Positions 26,742 to 36,494 of a stretch of 64,000 bases of DNA are shown here, one piece after another. How positions within the stretch are numbered: position 1 is the stretch's first letter; every line of letters begins with the position of its first letter. The notes below the pieces were generated by a model. The model ran no database searches. It was not told the origin of the DNA and saw only the letters and a list, made by a program, of their open reading frames with translations. The translations under genes and the position numbers were made by a program. The DNA is from an uncultured Nitrospira sp. (GTDB lineage: Bacteria; Nitrospirota; Nitrospiria; Nitrospirales; Nitrospiraceae): assembly GCA_902500995.1 (NCBI GenBank), contig CABVSR010000001.1, positions 73,416 through 137,415 of the forward strand, read 5' to 3'.

Positions 26742-28183
26742 TCGACCCTCCGCAAACGGGCGGCAAAAAACGCATCCATGTTCTGCATATTGGCCATCGT
26801 AGACAGGTCCCCTCGAGGGGTCAGGAACGGCAGACCGGCTGGGGGCAACCAGGGCGCGATCGAGTCGCGCAGAAATTCACGATGAGACTGACAGAACTCG
26901 TCGATGACCGACTCGGTCTCTTCCGGCTCGATCGAGCAGGTACTATAGACCAACACCCCACCAGGCCGCAAGAGACGACTCGTCGCAGCAAGCAATTCCA
27001 GCTGCACTTGCCGATGTTGCGCGATGGCTTTCGGCCTCTTGTACCACTTGGCTTCGGGATGGCGCCGCAGCACGCCGAGTCCACTGCAGGGAGCGTCGAG
27101 TAAAATCCGGTCGAACGGGCAGGACAGCGCCTCCGGCGGCGAGATGCGCCGGCACTGTTCGTCCCGCTTCGCGTGCGCCCCCGTCAGCCCGCGCATGTCG
27201 CCCACGATTGGAGTCACGATCGTCACCCCCAACCGGCGACAGTTGTCCATCACCAAATCCAAACGTGAGGCGGCCCGATCTACCGCGATGATTTCGCCCC
27301 GGTTCTCCATCAGAGCCGCAATATGCGTCGCCTTGCCGCCGGGCGCGGCGCAGGCATCCAACACACGTTGCCCAGGCTGCGCATCCAGCAGGAGGGGCAC
27401 GAGTTGGGCCGCCTCGTCCTCAACATAGAAGTGTCCTGCCGCGTATCCAGGCAGGGCGGCGACTGCCACTGTACGATCTACGTGAATCCCGGCATCGCTG
27501 ATCGACGTTGGCTCAGCCGCCACCTGCGCCGCGGCTAGATCCGCCAGGAACGCTTCCCGTGTCGTTCGAAGCTGATTCACGCGCAGTGTCAGCGGAGGCA
27601 TGGCTACCGAAGTCCGGCACAGGGTTTCGGCCCGTTCGGGTCCCCACTGCCCGCACCACCGCTCCACAAGCCACGTTGGGCACGAATACCGCACGGCCAA
27701 CGCATCGATGAGGTTGATCGCTGGATCCGGCCACTCCGGTGGGGACGCTCGCAGCATCGCCCTCAGCACGGCATTGACGAATCCGCTCCAGTCTCGCCCG
27801 AGACGCCGGCGTTGCTGTTTCGCCATCTTCACGGATTCGTTTACTGCTGCTGACGCCGGCACCCGATCCAAATAGAGCAGTTGATAGGCCGCGAGACGCA
27901 GCATGGTCTGTACGAGGCCTGGAAGCTTGGCGATGGGGCGATCGGCCAAGAGGCCGAGACGCCAATCAAGGGTCGCTCGATGCCGTAACACACCACGCAC
28001 GAGTTCCACCATGAAGGCCCGATCGCGGAGATCCAAGCCGGCCCCGGCGGTGATCTGATCGAATAAGTCATCCTTGAGCAGGCCGGCCTGGTCGATGGCC
28101 AGCAACGCCTTGACGGCAGCATGCCGTCCCGGCGAGACGGCGTGGGCTGATGACGCTGCGCCCGAATCAGTAGTCATGAGCAC
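26738..28183 (-). CDS. rsmB: 16S rRNA m5C967 methyltransferase with NusB-like N-terminus
   Basis: GFVNAVLR, DACAAPGGKATH, DAPCSGLG and YSTCSI. Confidence 0.93.
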   Translation of the reverse strand: MLMTTDSGAASSAHAVSPGRHAAVKALLAIDQAGLLKDDLFDQITAGAGLDLRDRAFMVELVRGVLRHRATLDWRLGLLADRPIAKLPGLVQTMLRLAAYQLLYLDRVPASAAVNESVKMAKQQRRRLGRDWSGFVNAVLRAMLRASPPEWPDPAINLIDALAVRYSCPTWLVERWCGQWGPERAETLCRTSVAMPPLTLRVNQLRTTREAFLADLAAAQVAAEPTSISDAGIHVDRTVAVAALPGYAAGHFYVEDEAAQLVPLLLDAQPGQRVLDACAAPGGKATHIAALMENRGEIIAVDRAASRLDLVMDNCRRLGVTIVTPIVGDMRGLTGAHAKRDEQCRRISPPEALSCPFDRILLDAPCSGLGVLRRHPEAKWYKRPKAIAQHRQVQLELLAATSRLLRPGGVLVYSTCSIEPEETESVIDEFCQSHREFLRDSIAPWLPPAGLPFLTPRGDLSTMANMQNMDAFFAARLRRVE

Positions 28184-28236
28184 GACGCCTGGTCATTGGT
28201 GAACATCGCGACGCGGTAATGCGTGACCGCTGCGGG

Positions 28237-29187
28237 TCAGAGCTGTGGTGGTGGAACCGCTTGCAGGCTGATGCCCTCGGTCACACGATGGCCTGCGAGG
28301 TATTGCGCCATCGTCATGCGGCGGCTATTGGATGGTTGGATGTCGAGAATCCGGATGGTTCCGCCTCCCGTTGCCACATCCATCCGGTCTTTTGTCACTT
28401 GTGTCACGATACCCGGAGTCGCTGCGTGAGGGGCTTCGTCCACCGCGACGCGCCAGAGGGTCCACCGCTCGCCGTTCACAGACGTGAACGCACCAGGCCA
28501 GGGGGAGAGACCGCGCACGCGGTTTGCGATGTCTCTGGCCGTGAGTGTCCAATCAATCAACCCGTCTTCCTTCTTGAGCAATGGCGCCATGGTCGCCTGC
28601 GCGTCGTCCTGCCGCTCCGGAGTGAGTGTGCCGTCCTTGAGGCGGCGCAACGTCTCCACCAGCAACCGCCCGCCCACCGCGGCAAGACGAGGTGCCAGTG
28701 TGCCGGCCGTATCGTCCGGGAGGATTTCCACGGTTTCACGCAGCAGCATGTCTCCGGTGTCCATGCCTTCGGCCATAAACATGGTCGTGATGCCGGTATC
28801 CCGCTCTCCCCTGATAATCGCCCATTGCACGGGACCAGCCCCGCGATACTTCGGCAACAGCGATCCATGGACATTGATACAACCCCGCGGGGGCATGGTC
28901 AGGATAACCGGGGGCAGGATCCGGCCGAAGGCCGTGACCGCGATGACGTCCGGTTGCCACGCGCGTAATGCATCCAGGAAAGCGGGGTCCTTCATCTTCA
29001 CTGGCTGCAGCACAGGAATGCTCTCGCGCAGGCAGACCATTTTTACGGGAGAACAGACGACTTCCTGCCCGCGGCCCTTCGGCCGGTCCGGCTGCGTCAC
29101 CACGCCGACGACCTGATCGTCAGACTTGAGCAACGCCTCCAACGAGGGCACGGCGAAGTCGGGGGTTCCCATGAAAACGATACGCAT
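28237..29187 (-). CDS. fmt: Methionyl-tRNA formyltransferase
   Basis: FMGTPDFA, TQPDRPKGRG, NVHGSLLPKYRGAGP and MDTGD. Confidence 0.97.
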   Translation of the reverse strand: MRIVFMGTPDFAVPSLEALLKSDDQVVGVVTQPDRPKGRGQEVVCSPVKMVCLRESIPVLQPVKMKDPAFLDALRAWQPDVIAVTAFGRILPPVILTMPPRGCINVHGSLLPKYRGAGPVQWAIIRGERDTGITTMFMAEGMDTGDMLLRETVEILPDDTAGTLAPRLAAVGGRLLVETLRRLKDGTLTPERQDDAQATMAPLLKKEDGLIDWTLTARDIANRVRGLSPWPGAFTSVNGERWTLWRVAVDEAPHAATPGIVTQVTKDRMDVATGGGTIRILDIQPSNSRRMTMAQYLAGHRVTEGISLQAVPPPQL

Positions 29188-29240
29188 GCCCAGGCTTTAT
29201 CATTCTCCCCTCGCGAATGCAATTCTCGCCGCGGCCTTCC

Positions 29241-29270
29241 TTGACTCTCGTTTCGCACGCCTGCTAGTAT
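29241..29270 (+). promoter_or_regulatory. sigma70 promoter of tRNA-fMet
   Basis: TTGACT-N18-TAGTAT followed by a GC-rich discriminator. Confidence 0.7.
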
Positions 29271-29275
29271 CCGGG

Positions 29276-29352
<77 letters not shown>

Positions 29353-29373
29353 ACATAACTGACGATTCTCAAT

Positions 29374-29412
29374 GGGGTTGGCCGTCATCTCACGGTCAGC
29401 CCCTTTTTCTTT
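29374..29412 (+). terminator. Intrinsic terminator after tRNA-fMet
   Basis: GGGGTTGGCCGT-CATCTC-ACGGTCAGCCCC followed by TTTTTCTTT. Confidence 0.8.
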
Positions 29413-29668
29413 CCCCGCACCAATTGTCCGCCTGCTGCTTGAGTTTTCCGTCTGAGATCCCTTCGACTGCGTCCACTTCTAGACAGGGAATGTCGGCGCA
29501 CGGTCCGGAGGAAGGCCCGAGAAGAAGAGAGACAGATCCAGGTTGCCCGGCCCGCGAATGTTGTTGTGACATTTTAGATGATCGGGCAGACCCACATGAG
29601 ATATGATCGACTCTGGGTAAACGAAGGCGTCCTGAGTCAGTTGCACACAGACGATCGCTCGTGTCCTG

Positions 29669-30355
29669 ATGGGTCAGATTGGCATGCCACCCACCGCTCG
29701 CCATCAATGCCTCATTTATAAGGGCTCTCCAGCCATGCATCTGCCCGGGCTCTCGGCCTTGATGCGGCAAAAGCTCTCTGATAACTATCGCTGCCTGTAC
29801 CTCAATAGCGCGGATATGGTCGACGCCCTACGTCCATATCTCTCCGCCGCCGGAATCGACGTGCCGAGGGAATTGAGGAAAGGCAGTCTCCTATTGTCGT
29901 CGGATAGGGGGCATCTGGAGGATGGGCATTTCAACGCTGATCGAATGTTGGGACTGCTTGAGGACGCCGTAACCAAGTCCCGGAAGGACGGTTACGCCGG
30001 TCTGTGGTGCACGGGCGATATGACCATGGAATTCGGTCCGGATAAAGATTTTTCCCAGCTTCTCGATTACGAATGGCGGCTGGAAGAATTTCTGCAATCC
30101 CATCCGGCGCTGTCCGGGATCTGCCAATATCGTGCGGACAGTTTGCCCCATGAGGCGCTACGACAAGGCCTCTTGAGCCATTCGTCACTTTATATCAACG
30201 AAACCCTGTCGCGGCTCAATCCTCACTACGTTGAGCGAGCGTCCTTCACGGCGGAATCGCACAATCACGCTGCCCTTGATCAGACCATCAGAGAGTTGTG
30301 TCTCGTACCGGATGCGCTGATTTTAAACGCCCTCCCACCCGGTTATCTGCAGTAG
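29669..30355 (+). CDS. Stand-alone MEDS (DcmR-like sensory) domain protein
   Basis: HQCLIY, CLYL, GLWCTGDMT, LLDYEWRLE, ICQY and SH..YIN pattern. Confidence 0.8.
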   Translation: MGQIGMPPTARHQCLIYKGSPAMHLPGLSALMRQKLSDNYRCLYLNSADMVDALRPYLSAAGIDVPRELRKGSLLLSSDRGHLEDGHFNADRMLGLLEDAVTKSRKDGYAGLWCTGDMTMEFGPDKDFSQLLDYEWRLEEFLQSHPALSGICQYRADSLPHEALRQGLLSHSSLYINETLSRLNPHYVERASFTAESHNHAALDQTIRELCLVPDALILNALPPGYLQ

Positions 30356-30401
30356 ATCGCGTCTATGCGCAGCCTGTGTGACGCCCGCAACGGCAGCGGC
30401 G

Positions 30402-31304
30402 CTATGCTTCCGTTCGCTGATCGAGTGGCTTCACAGCGCGTATGCCGATGACCAGTTCATAGTCACGATCATGGTGGTCCAACTCCGCCGTGGTCAGTTC
30501 TGTGGAATGGAGACCATGCAGACTCGCCAGAGACGACAGCACGTTCCCATAAGTAGTAATCGTAATGTCCTGCGCTCGAAACGCGCCTTCAAACAGCCGG
30601 CGGGCGGAGAGTGAGGTAAACCGCCAAAACTCACCCCAGTGGTCCATATCGTAACGGGAGATCTGACTGATCCCGGGAACGACCGCCAAGACAACGCCTC
30701 CCGGTCGCACAATGCGCGCGAGGGTGGTGATCGCCGCGGGAACATCAAAAATAAACTGCAGGGTAAAGGTCAGAATGACACAATCGTAGGTATCCGACGC
30801 GATCTGCCTGGCATCCGTGAGATCGGCCTGGATCACGTTGCCGCCCAGGCCGGGACTGACATGGAGGATCTCCGATCGGACAACCCTCTCTCCTCCGAAT
30901 TGCTTGGTATAACGATCGTCACCGATCTCCAACACCCGGCCGCGAATATCCGCCTGATACGCCGGCAGAAAGCGCTCCTCGGTATAGTAACGATCGATGG
31001 GGCGCCCCGACTGCCAGCCGAAATCACGTCGAATCGGGTGCGTGCGACGGAGCGAGTTTCCCCATCTCCAGTCAAGCCCTACCCCGCCGAGCTCGTGAAG
31101 CACGGTCACTCTCGCCTGCTGATAGAGATTCTCCCCCATCAACCGCCTGACGATTCCTTTGAGTGGCCATGCGACTAGAGAAAGCAGCTGACCCCGCGCC
31201 GAGCGGCGTTCGGGACTGGGCGGCTCCTTGGGCGATTCCGGCATTGAGGTGTGAGACAAGATATGCCTCCACGAAAACGGGCCGTAGGCGATCACCCGTT
31301 GCAA
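30402..31304 (-). CDS. Class I SAM-dependent methyltransferase (start may be 31244)
   Basis: GRPIDRYY, VLEIGD, ADLT, YDCVILTFTLQFIFD and PGGVVL. Confidence 0.8.
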   Translation of the reverse strand: MQRVIAYGPFSWRHILSHTSMPESPKEPPSPERRSARGQLLSLVAWPLKGIVRRLMGENLYQQARVTVLHELGGVGLDWRWGNSLRRTHPIRRDFGWQSGRPIDRYYTEERFLPAYQADIRGRVLEIGDDRYTKQFGGERVVRSEILHVSPGLGGNVIQADLTDARQIASDTYDCVILTFTLQFIFDVPAAITTLARIVRPGGVVLAVVPGISQISRYDMDHWGEFWRFTSLSARRLFEGAFRAQDITITTYGNVLSSLASLHGLHSTELTTAELDHHDRDYELVIGIRAVKPLDQRTEA

Positions 31305-31894
31305 GGAGATCAGGCCCGGCGATCAACCGTGATCAGACTTTCGACCGGACCTTATAGTGCCCCAGGAAATCGCCGGTCGTACCTAGGCAAACCCCGACAA
31401 CAGTACGATCTTCCCAAATCTGGCAGCAGCATAAGTAAAAATAGCGTTGATGTCCATCGGAAGCTATTGAGAATGTCATGCCGCTCCTGACGGCCGCCAA
31501 GGACTTTCGGCGGACGGCGCAAAGGCTCGGCCAGCCAACCTGTATGTCTCGATCGCAGGAGGACAACGAACCTTCGCCAGTCCCTGATGAAGAAGCCAGC
31601 CAACCGCTAAGGCATGACCATTCCCGGCCGAATGATGACGCGAGGAAGCAGGCTCTTGTTTGACGGTGCGAGGCGACATGCTAGAATCCCGAGCAAGCCG
31701 GCCCTTTAGGCGCGCGGGAAACCGAGGCCGGGAGAGATGTCTACACGCAACCCACGCCCATCGTTGCCGGATACGCATGATGAGTAGGGCCCTCGCAGCA
31801 TGTATGGCTGACTATTCACGAACAGCTCTTCACCCCGGCTCTCTGCCGCCTGGCCCGTGGACGCCGACTATCCTGGGAGCCTGATCGCCGCCTC

Positions 31895-32806
31895 ATGATC
31901 AAACTGCTGCTCGTGGAAGACAATTCCGTCGATGCACAACTGACGCAGGATCTGCTGGCGGAATGGTCGCTGAACCGGTTCGAAATTACCCATGCCTCCG
32001 TCCTGGCGGATGGGCTCGCTCGGCTGAGCCGGGAACGATTCGATGCCGTCCTGCTCGATCTCTCGCTCCCGGACACGCATGGCCTGGCCACCGTGACCCA
32101 GGTGTTGGCGACAAGTCCCCATGTGCCCGTGGTGGTCTTGAGCGGACACGACGATCACCCCCTCGCGCTCCAAGCGCTCCAGCACGGGGCGCAGGACTAC
32201 CTGGTCAAGGGAGAAGGCGGGACTGAATTTCTTGCGCGCTCCATTCTCTACGCGATCGAGCGCAAAAAGGCGCAGGAACGACTGACCTATCTTGCGCAGC
32301 ACGACCCTCTCACCGGCTTGATCAATCGGGCCTTGTTTCGCGACCGGTTGATCCACGCCATGGCTCGCAGCAAGCGAAAGGATCAGCCGCTGGCGGTGAT
32401 GCTCCTTGATCTCGATCGCTTCAAGGCCGTCAACGACACGCTGGGGCACGATGTCGGCGATCAGTTACTGAAAGAGGTCGCGACACGATTGATGGAATGC
32501 GTGCGAGAGGTGGATACGGTCGCCCGGATGGGCGGCGATGAATTTACCGCCATCCTCGAGGGTATTTCAGGCGAGGAGGATGTGCTGGTCGTCGCAAAAA
32601 GAATCGTGGAATCGATCGGGACGCCGTTTCTGATCGGACCGCATCACATCTCGATCGGCGTCAGTATCGGCATCACCCTGTATCCATCGGATAATGAAGA
32701 TCTCGACGAGCTGCTTCGGCATGCCGACAAGGCCATGTATGCCGCCAAACAGCAGGGCGGCGGCCGATACCAATTCCATTCACCGACGGGCCAGGCCCCG
32801 CTCTGA
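31895..32806 (+). CDS. Response regulator receiver-GGDEF diguanylate cyclase
   Basis: LLVEDN / LLDLSLPD / QDYLVK receiver; DPLTGLINR, DLDRFKAVND, I-site REVD and GGDEF intact. Confidence 0.93.
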   Translation: MIKLLLVEDNSVDAQLTQDLLAEWSLNRFEITHASVLADGLARLSRERFDAVLLDLSLPDTHGLATVTQVLATSPHVPVVVLSGHDDHPLALQALQHGAQDYLVKGEGGTEFLARSILYAIERKKAQERLTYLAQHDPLTGLINRALFRDRLIHAMARSKRKDQPLAVMLLDLDRFKAVNDTLGHDVGDQLLKEVATRLMECVREVDTVARMGGDEFTAILEGISGEEDVLVVAKRIVESIGTPFLIGPHHISIGVSIGITLYPSDNEDLDELLRHADKAMYAAKQQGGGRYQFHSPTGQAPL

Positions 32807-32894
32807 CGACCTTCCCCCGCCGCTGCGTTCACGAGGCTGCCCGCCTTCCCCTCGCCAAGACTCACATTCACCGCCAACTCGATAGCCCGCGCCG

Positions 32895-33728
32895 CTACCG
32901 CCCGATGTCAGCGAGAGGCTGCTCCGTGACGACCAAAGAGCCCCGGGGATTGGGCAGCAGCACATTCGCCGCCACCAGCTCCTCAGATGAGGGAGTTGGA
33001 TGCGAGTCCGGCGTCATGACGAGACCCCAGTGCTGATTGTCGCGGCAGATATTATCCAGGAGCAGAGCCTCCGCATGGTGAAACAAGAGCATCCCGCTCA
33101 GCATGTTGCTATGGCAGACATTGCGCACGCACTCCGGATGGCTGCCCGGGTCTCGCACCGCCACACCGAAGTGATGGTTCCCGTAACAGACATTCTGCGC
33201 CACCCGCGGCTGCGCGCCCGCAAAGACAAAGATGCCGGATTCCCGGTTCGCGCAGACCTCGTTATCGATCAAGGCCGGTCGAGCCTCGGCGCCGTAGATC
33301 ACCACCCCCGACAGAATGCCTTCCATGGCCCGGCACTGTGTGATCGTACACACCGAATCCAGGATATTGATGGCCGAATGTTGATCACTTCCCACATACC
33401 GGAAGGTGATCCCGGCAATCATCCCACTGGGCACCCGCTGTAAGTAGAGCGGTCCGCCGCGACGGCTGTAAATCTGCACATGGTCCCGGCCGGCCCCGAC
33501 AAGGCGCACCGGCTTGTCCGCCACAAACACTTTATCCTCATAGACGCCGGGGCGGACAAACACCTGGTCATCCTCACCCGCATCGTTGAGAGCGGCGCTT
33601 GGACAAGGGTACGCATGGAGATCGCGGCCATCGACGATCAGCGTCTTGCCGCCTTTGGGATTGGGCGGGGGTTCGATGAGAGGGTCTTTGCTTGCGCCGG
33701 TTGAACCGCGCTCCTGTGGTGTCTCCAT
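32895..33728 (-). CDS. Right-handed parallel beta-helix protein (start 33728 or 33740)
   Basis: VFVRPGVY, followed by repeats of N.C..N...Gi.v. Confidence 0.8.
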   Translation of the reverse strand: METPQERGSTGASKDPLIEPPPNPKGGKTLIVDGRDLHAYPCPSAALNDAGEDDQVFVRPGVYEDKVFVADKPVRLVGAGRDHVQIYSRRGGPLYLQRVPSGMIAGITFRYVGSDQHSAINILDSVCTITQCRAMEGILSGVVIYGAEARPALIDNEVCANRESGIFVFAGAQPRVAQNVCYGNHHFGVAVRDPGSHPECVRNVCHSNMLSGMLLFHHAEALLLDNICRDNQHWGLVMTPDSHPTPSSEELVAANVLLPNPRGSLVVTEQPLADIGR

Positions 33729-34027
33729 AGACCGCCTCAATCCTCTTGGAATTCGCGCAAGTCAGGCCGTTGAATACTAACCGATAACAAACGACAAGAT
33801 GCCTTCCGTCAACCCGGTGCGCGCTCTTCCGGCGACGGGATCTTTTCCGTACACCCTGATGTGCTTTCCGCACAGAGGTTCCTGAATTGCCGCCACGCCA
33901 ATTGAATCAATCATCCGATTTCACAACAGGTTCTTTGATCGCCTGCGGCTGGTGCGGTTCTTTCATATCGATGCCTCACAATCAGCAATCGGATCGAGGC
34001 TCTGCCACCACGGAAAGAGGAACCGCT

Positions 34028-34549
34028 ATGACCATGACTCCATTCACCCTTGGGAAGATACGAGGTATCGGTGCCGCCTTGCTGTTGTTCGGCATGCTGG
34101 CGAGCGCGTCCGAGCTGTTCGCGGCTCAACCCCAGCCACCGGATGCCTCACGCCGCCTCTACGACCGGGTCATGGAAGAGTTCCGCCATAAAGACTATGC
34201 CGCCGCCTTGGCCGGGTTTCGCTTCTTTCTCGAACTCCACGGGCAATCCTCCTTGTCGGCCAATGCGCAATACTGGATGGGGGAATGCCAATACCGCATG
34301 GGGCGGCATCATGACGCACTGGCATCATTCTTCAAGCTCATTTCGGATTATCCCATGAGCCAGAAACTCGCAGCCTCGACCCTCAAGATCGGGCAAATTT
34401 ACACCAAACAAGGCGACCTGGAAAAAGCCACCATGATGTACGAGCGGGTCACGGGCCAATATCCCGATAGCCCGGAAGCCGAGGTTGCTCGTAAGGCCAT
34501 AGAGGCCGCCGCGGCAACCATCGAACCCGTGGCGGCTGAGTCGAATTGA
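34028..34549 (+). CDS. YbgF/CpoB-like TPR protein (start 34028/34034 preferred)
   Basis: Signal peptide; Y..A...F..F, ANAQYWMGE and LKIG..Y TPR pattern. Confidence 0.8.
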   Translation: MTMTPFTLGKIRGIGAALLLFGMLASASELFAAQPQPPDASRRLYDRVMEEFRHKDYAAALAGFRFFLELHGQSSLSANAQYWMGECQYRMGRHHDALASFFKLISDYPMSQKLAASTLKIGQIYTKQGDLEKATMMYERVTGQYPDSPEAEVARKAIEAAAATIEPVAAESN

Positions 34550-34614
34550 CCGGCTTGTCCCATGCGCACACCGCTGCCCCGGCTCAGCGGGTGCAATCCT
34601 GGATCGAGCCGGCG

Positions 34615-35130
34615 TTAGTCTGGATCGGCAAGATCCAGGACCGTCACCAGACCCGGAACCGTATACGCATGGAACGGACTGAGCCGGACGATGTGCACGC
34701 CGGCGGCTCGAAGCGCGCTGTCGAACAGCGGATGCGTGGCAGCCGATTCACTGTCCGATGCCGGTTCCTCGACCTGCACCACCTTTTCCACCAACCGGCT
34801 GCCGGGATGCACCAACACGAAGGTGGCGCGCGTGAGCGCGAGTTCCCGCAGCGTCTCAGCGGGAGGTATCCCGGAAGGAACACGCAAATCCAACAGGCTC
34901 CAGAGGGGAATCTGGGTGAACAATAGATACCGGTCTTCCACGGCCAGGCGCAGCAGGTTATAGAGCTGAACCTCCCGATCCGTCAGCAAGGGCTTAGGGG
35001 CGAATGTCATTCCGGACGGCAAACCACCCGTGGATGCCGCCGGCGCGCGCCGCCGCGCGAAGGTTTCCCACGCCAAACTTCCTAGGAACACGAGCGCCCC
35101 GAGGCCGAGTATCGGATAGAGTACGTCCAT
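34615..35130 (-). CDS. DUF2726 family membrane-anchored protein
   Basis: N-terminal TM segment, then KPLLTDRE..LY..L..AV...Y.LF.Q. Confidence 0.7.
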   Translation of the reverse strand: MDVLYPILGLGALVFLGSLAWETFARRRAPAASTGGLPSGMTFAPKPLLTDREVQLYNLLRLAVEDRYLLFTQIPLWSLLDLRVPSGIPPAETLRELALTRATFVLVHPGSRLVEKVVQVEEPASDSESAATHPLFDSALRAAGVHIVRLSPFHAYTVPGLVTVLDLADPD

Positions 35131-35145
35131 GACAGTTCGAGTGCG

Positions 35146-36330
35146 CTACTGAGGCAGAGACAGCCCCTTCCTTCGCCTGCCCGCCCGACCGGGAACCACA
35201 GAACCGAGCAACACCGGATGATGAGCCCCTGTCACCTGCGGGATATTCGTGCAGTGCCCTTGCAGCAGGTCGTACGCGAGCAACGCAAACGCAGTCGCTT
35301 CAAACGCCTTGCTGCTCCACCCGCAATCCTCAAACGTCAGCACCGGGGCCGGAGCAAACACAGTCCGGAGCGACGCCATGATGGCGTGATTGGACACGCC
35401 GCCTCCACCCACAATCACGTCGTCGACCTCGCCGGGAAGCCAACGCCGGGATAAGCCGATCGTTTCAGCCGTCCAGGTTGCGCAGGTCGCCAACAGATCT
35501 TCCATCGACACCCGCGCCCTCTTCTGCTTATCGAGTAAGGCACGAACCACAGGTGCGCCGAACTCCTCTCGACCAGTCGACTTGGGCGGTCTGCGCGACA
35601 AGAATGGATGGGCCATGAGCTCTGTGAGCAACGCCTGATTGACGGTGCCTCGTCGAGCCCATCGCCCGCCGGCATCGTAGGCGCGGATGCCTTGTGTGGC
35701 TTCCCGCACGATGGCATCGAGCACCATGTTCCCCGGGCCCGTGTCGAACGCGCGGATATCAGCCATCCCGCCGCCCGCAGGAAGGTAGGTCACATTGCTG
35801 ATCCCGCCGATATTCACGACCAACCGCGCCCGGCGCACATGGCTGAACGCAATTGCGTGAGCATAGGGAACCAGTGGGGCCCCTTCACCGCCGGCCGCCA
35901 TGTCACGCGGCCGAAAGTTGGCCACAGTGGTGATGCCCGTACGCTCAGCGATCACAGCAGGCTCGCCGATCTGGAGTGTCGATCGGATCAGGCCTACGCC
36001 GGGCTCGCGCGTTCCCTTCGGTAAGTGGTGAACGGTCTGCCCATGTGATCCAATCGCCTGGATGTCGGCCGGCTGATACTTCGCCGCTCGAATCACCTTG
36101 AGCGCCGCCTTAGCAAACAATTCCCCCAGGTACGTGTTCAGGTGGCAGATTTCCGCCACGTGGCCGTGGAGCGACACATCCACTAATCGTTGCTGCAGCG
36201 CTCTAGGATAGGGCACGGACGTGAAGGCAATCGGCGTAATCTTCGGTCTCCCCCCGTGCCGGGCGATATTCACCAGTGCTGCATCCACCCCATCTGCCGA
36301 GGTTCCGGACATGAGCCCGACGACCTTCAT
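35146..36330 (-). CDS. anmK: Anhydro-N-acetylmuramic acid kinase (likely start 36330)
   Basis: GLMSGTSADGVD, GSHGQT, NFRPRDMAAGGEGAPL, NIGGISN, DTGPGN and PPKSTGREEF. Confidence 0.96.
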   Translation of the reverse strand: MKVVGLMSGTSADGVDAALVNIARHGGRPKITPIAFTSVPYPRALQQRLVDVSLHGHVAEICHLNTYLGELFAKAALKVIRAAKYQPADIQAIGSHGQTVHHLPKGTREPGVGLIRSTLQIGEPAVIAERTGITTVANFRPRDMAAGGEGAPLVPYAHAIAFSHVRRARLVVNIGGISNVTYLPAGGGMADIRAFDTGPGNMVLDAIVREATQGIRAYDAGGRWARRGTVNQALLTELMAHPFLSRRPPKSTGREEFGAPVVRALLDKQKRARVSMEDLLATCATWTAETIGLSRRWLPGEVDDVIVGGGGVSNHAIMASLRTVFAPAPVLTFEDCGWSSKAFEATAFALLAYDLLQGHCTNIPQVTGAHHPVLLGSVVPGRAGRRRKGLSLPQ

Positions 36331-36385
36331 TCCTCCCCTCCCTCGCACACTTCCGTCCACACCCGCGCGTGGTATGCGGTGCGCT

Positions 36386-36414
36386 ACGCTAATCGAAACC
36401 ACGCAAGGGGTCAA
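36386..36414 (-). promoter_or_regulatory. Putative anmK promoter
   Basis: TTGACC-N17-TAGCGT. Confidence 0.5.
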
Positions 36415-36458
36415 GCGGTACGCGCCTGGATCGCGCGTGCCGGCTTCGCGCCCTCGCG

Positions 36459-36487
36459 TTGACTTTGAGTATTTCGGGTGTTACCGT
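36459..36487 (+). promoter_or_regulatory. Putative promoter of the metal ABC operon
   Basis: TTGACT-N17-TACCGT, ending 7 nt before ATG 36495. Confidence 0.55.
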
Positions 36488-36494
36488 CCGCCGG

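Noticed and set aside
29353-29373. att-like AT-rich sequence right after tRNA-fMet
   Set aside because: No integrase, and no duplicated tRNA 3' end found downstream
31305-31894. Short ORFs in the gap (31352..31603 -, 31478..31663 +, etc.)
   Set aside because: Mutually overlapping, with no motif or convincing SD
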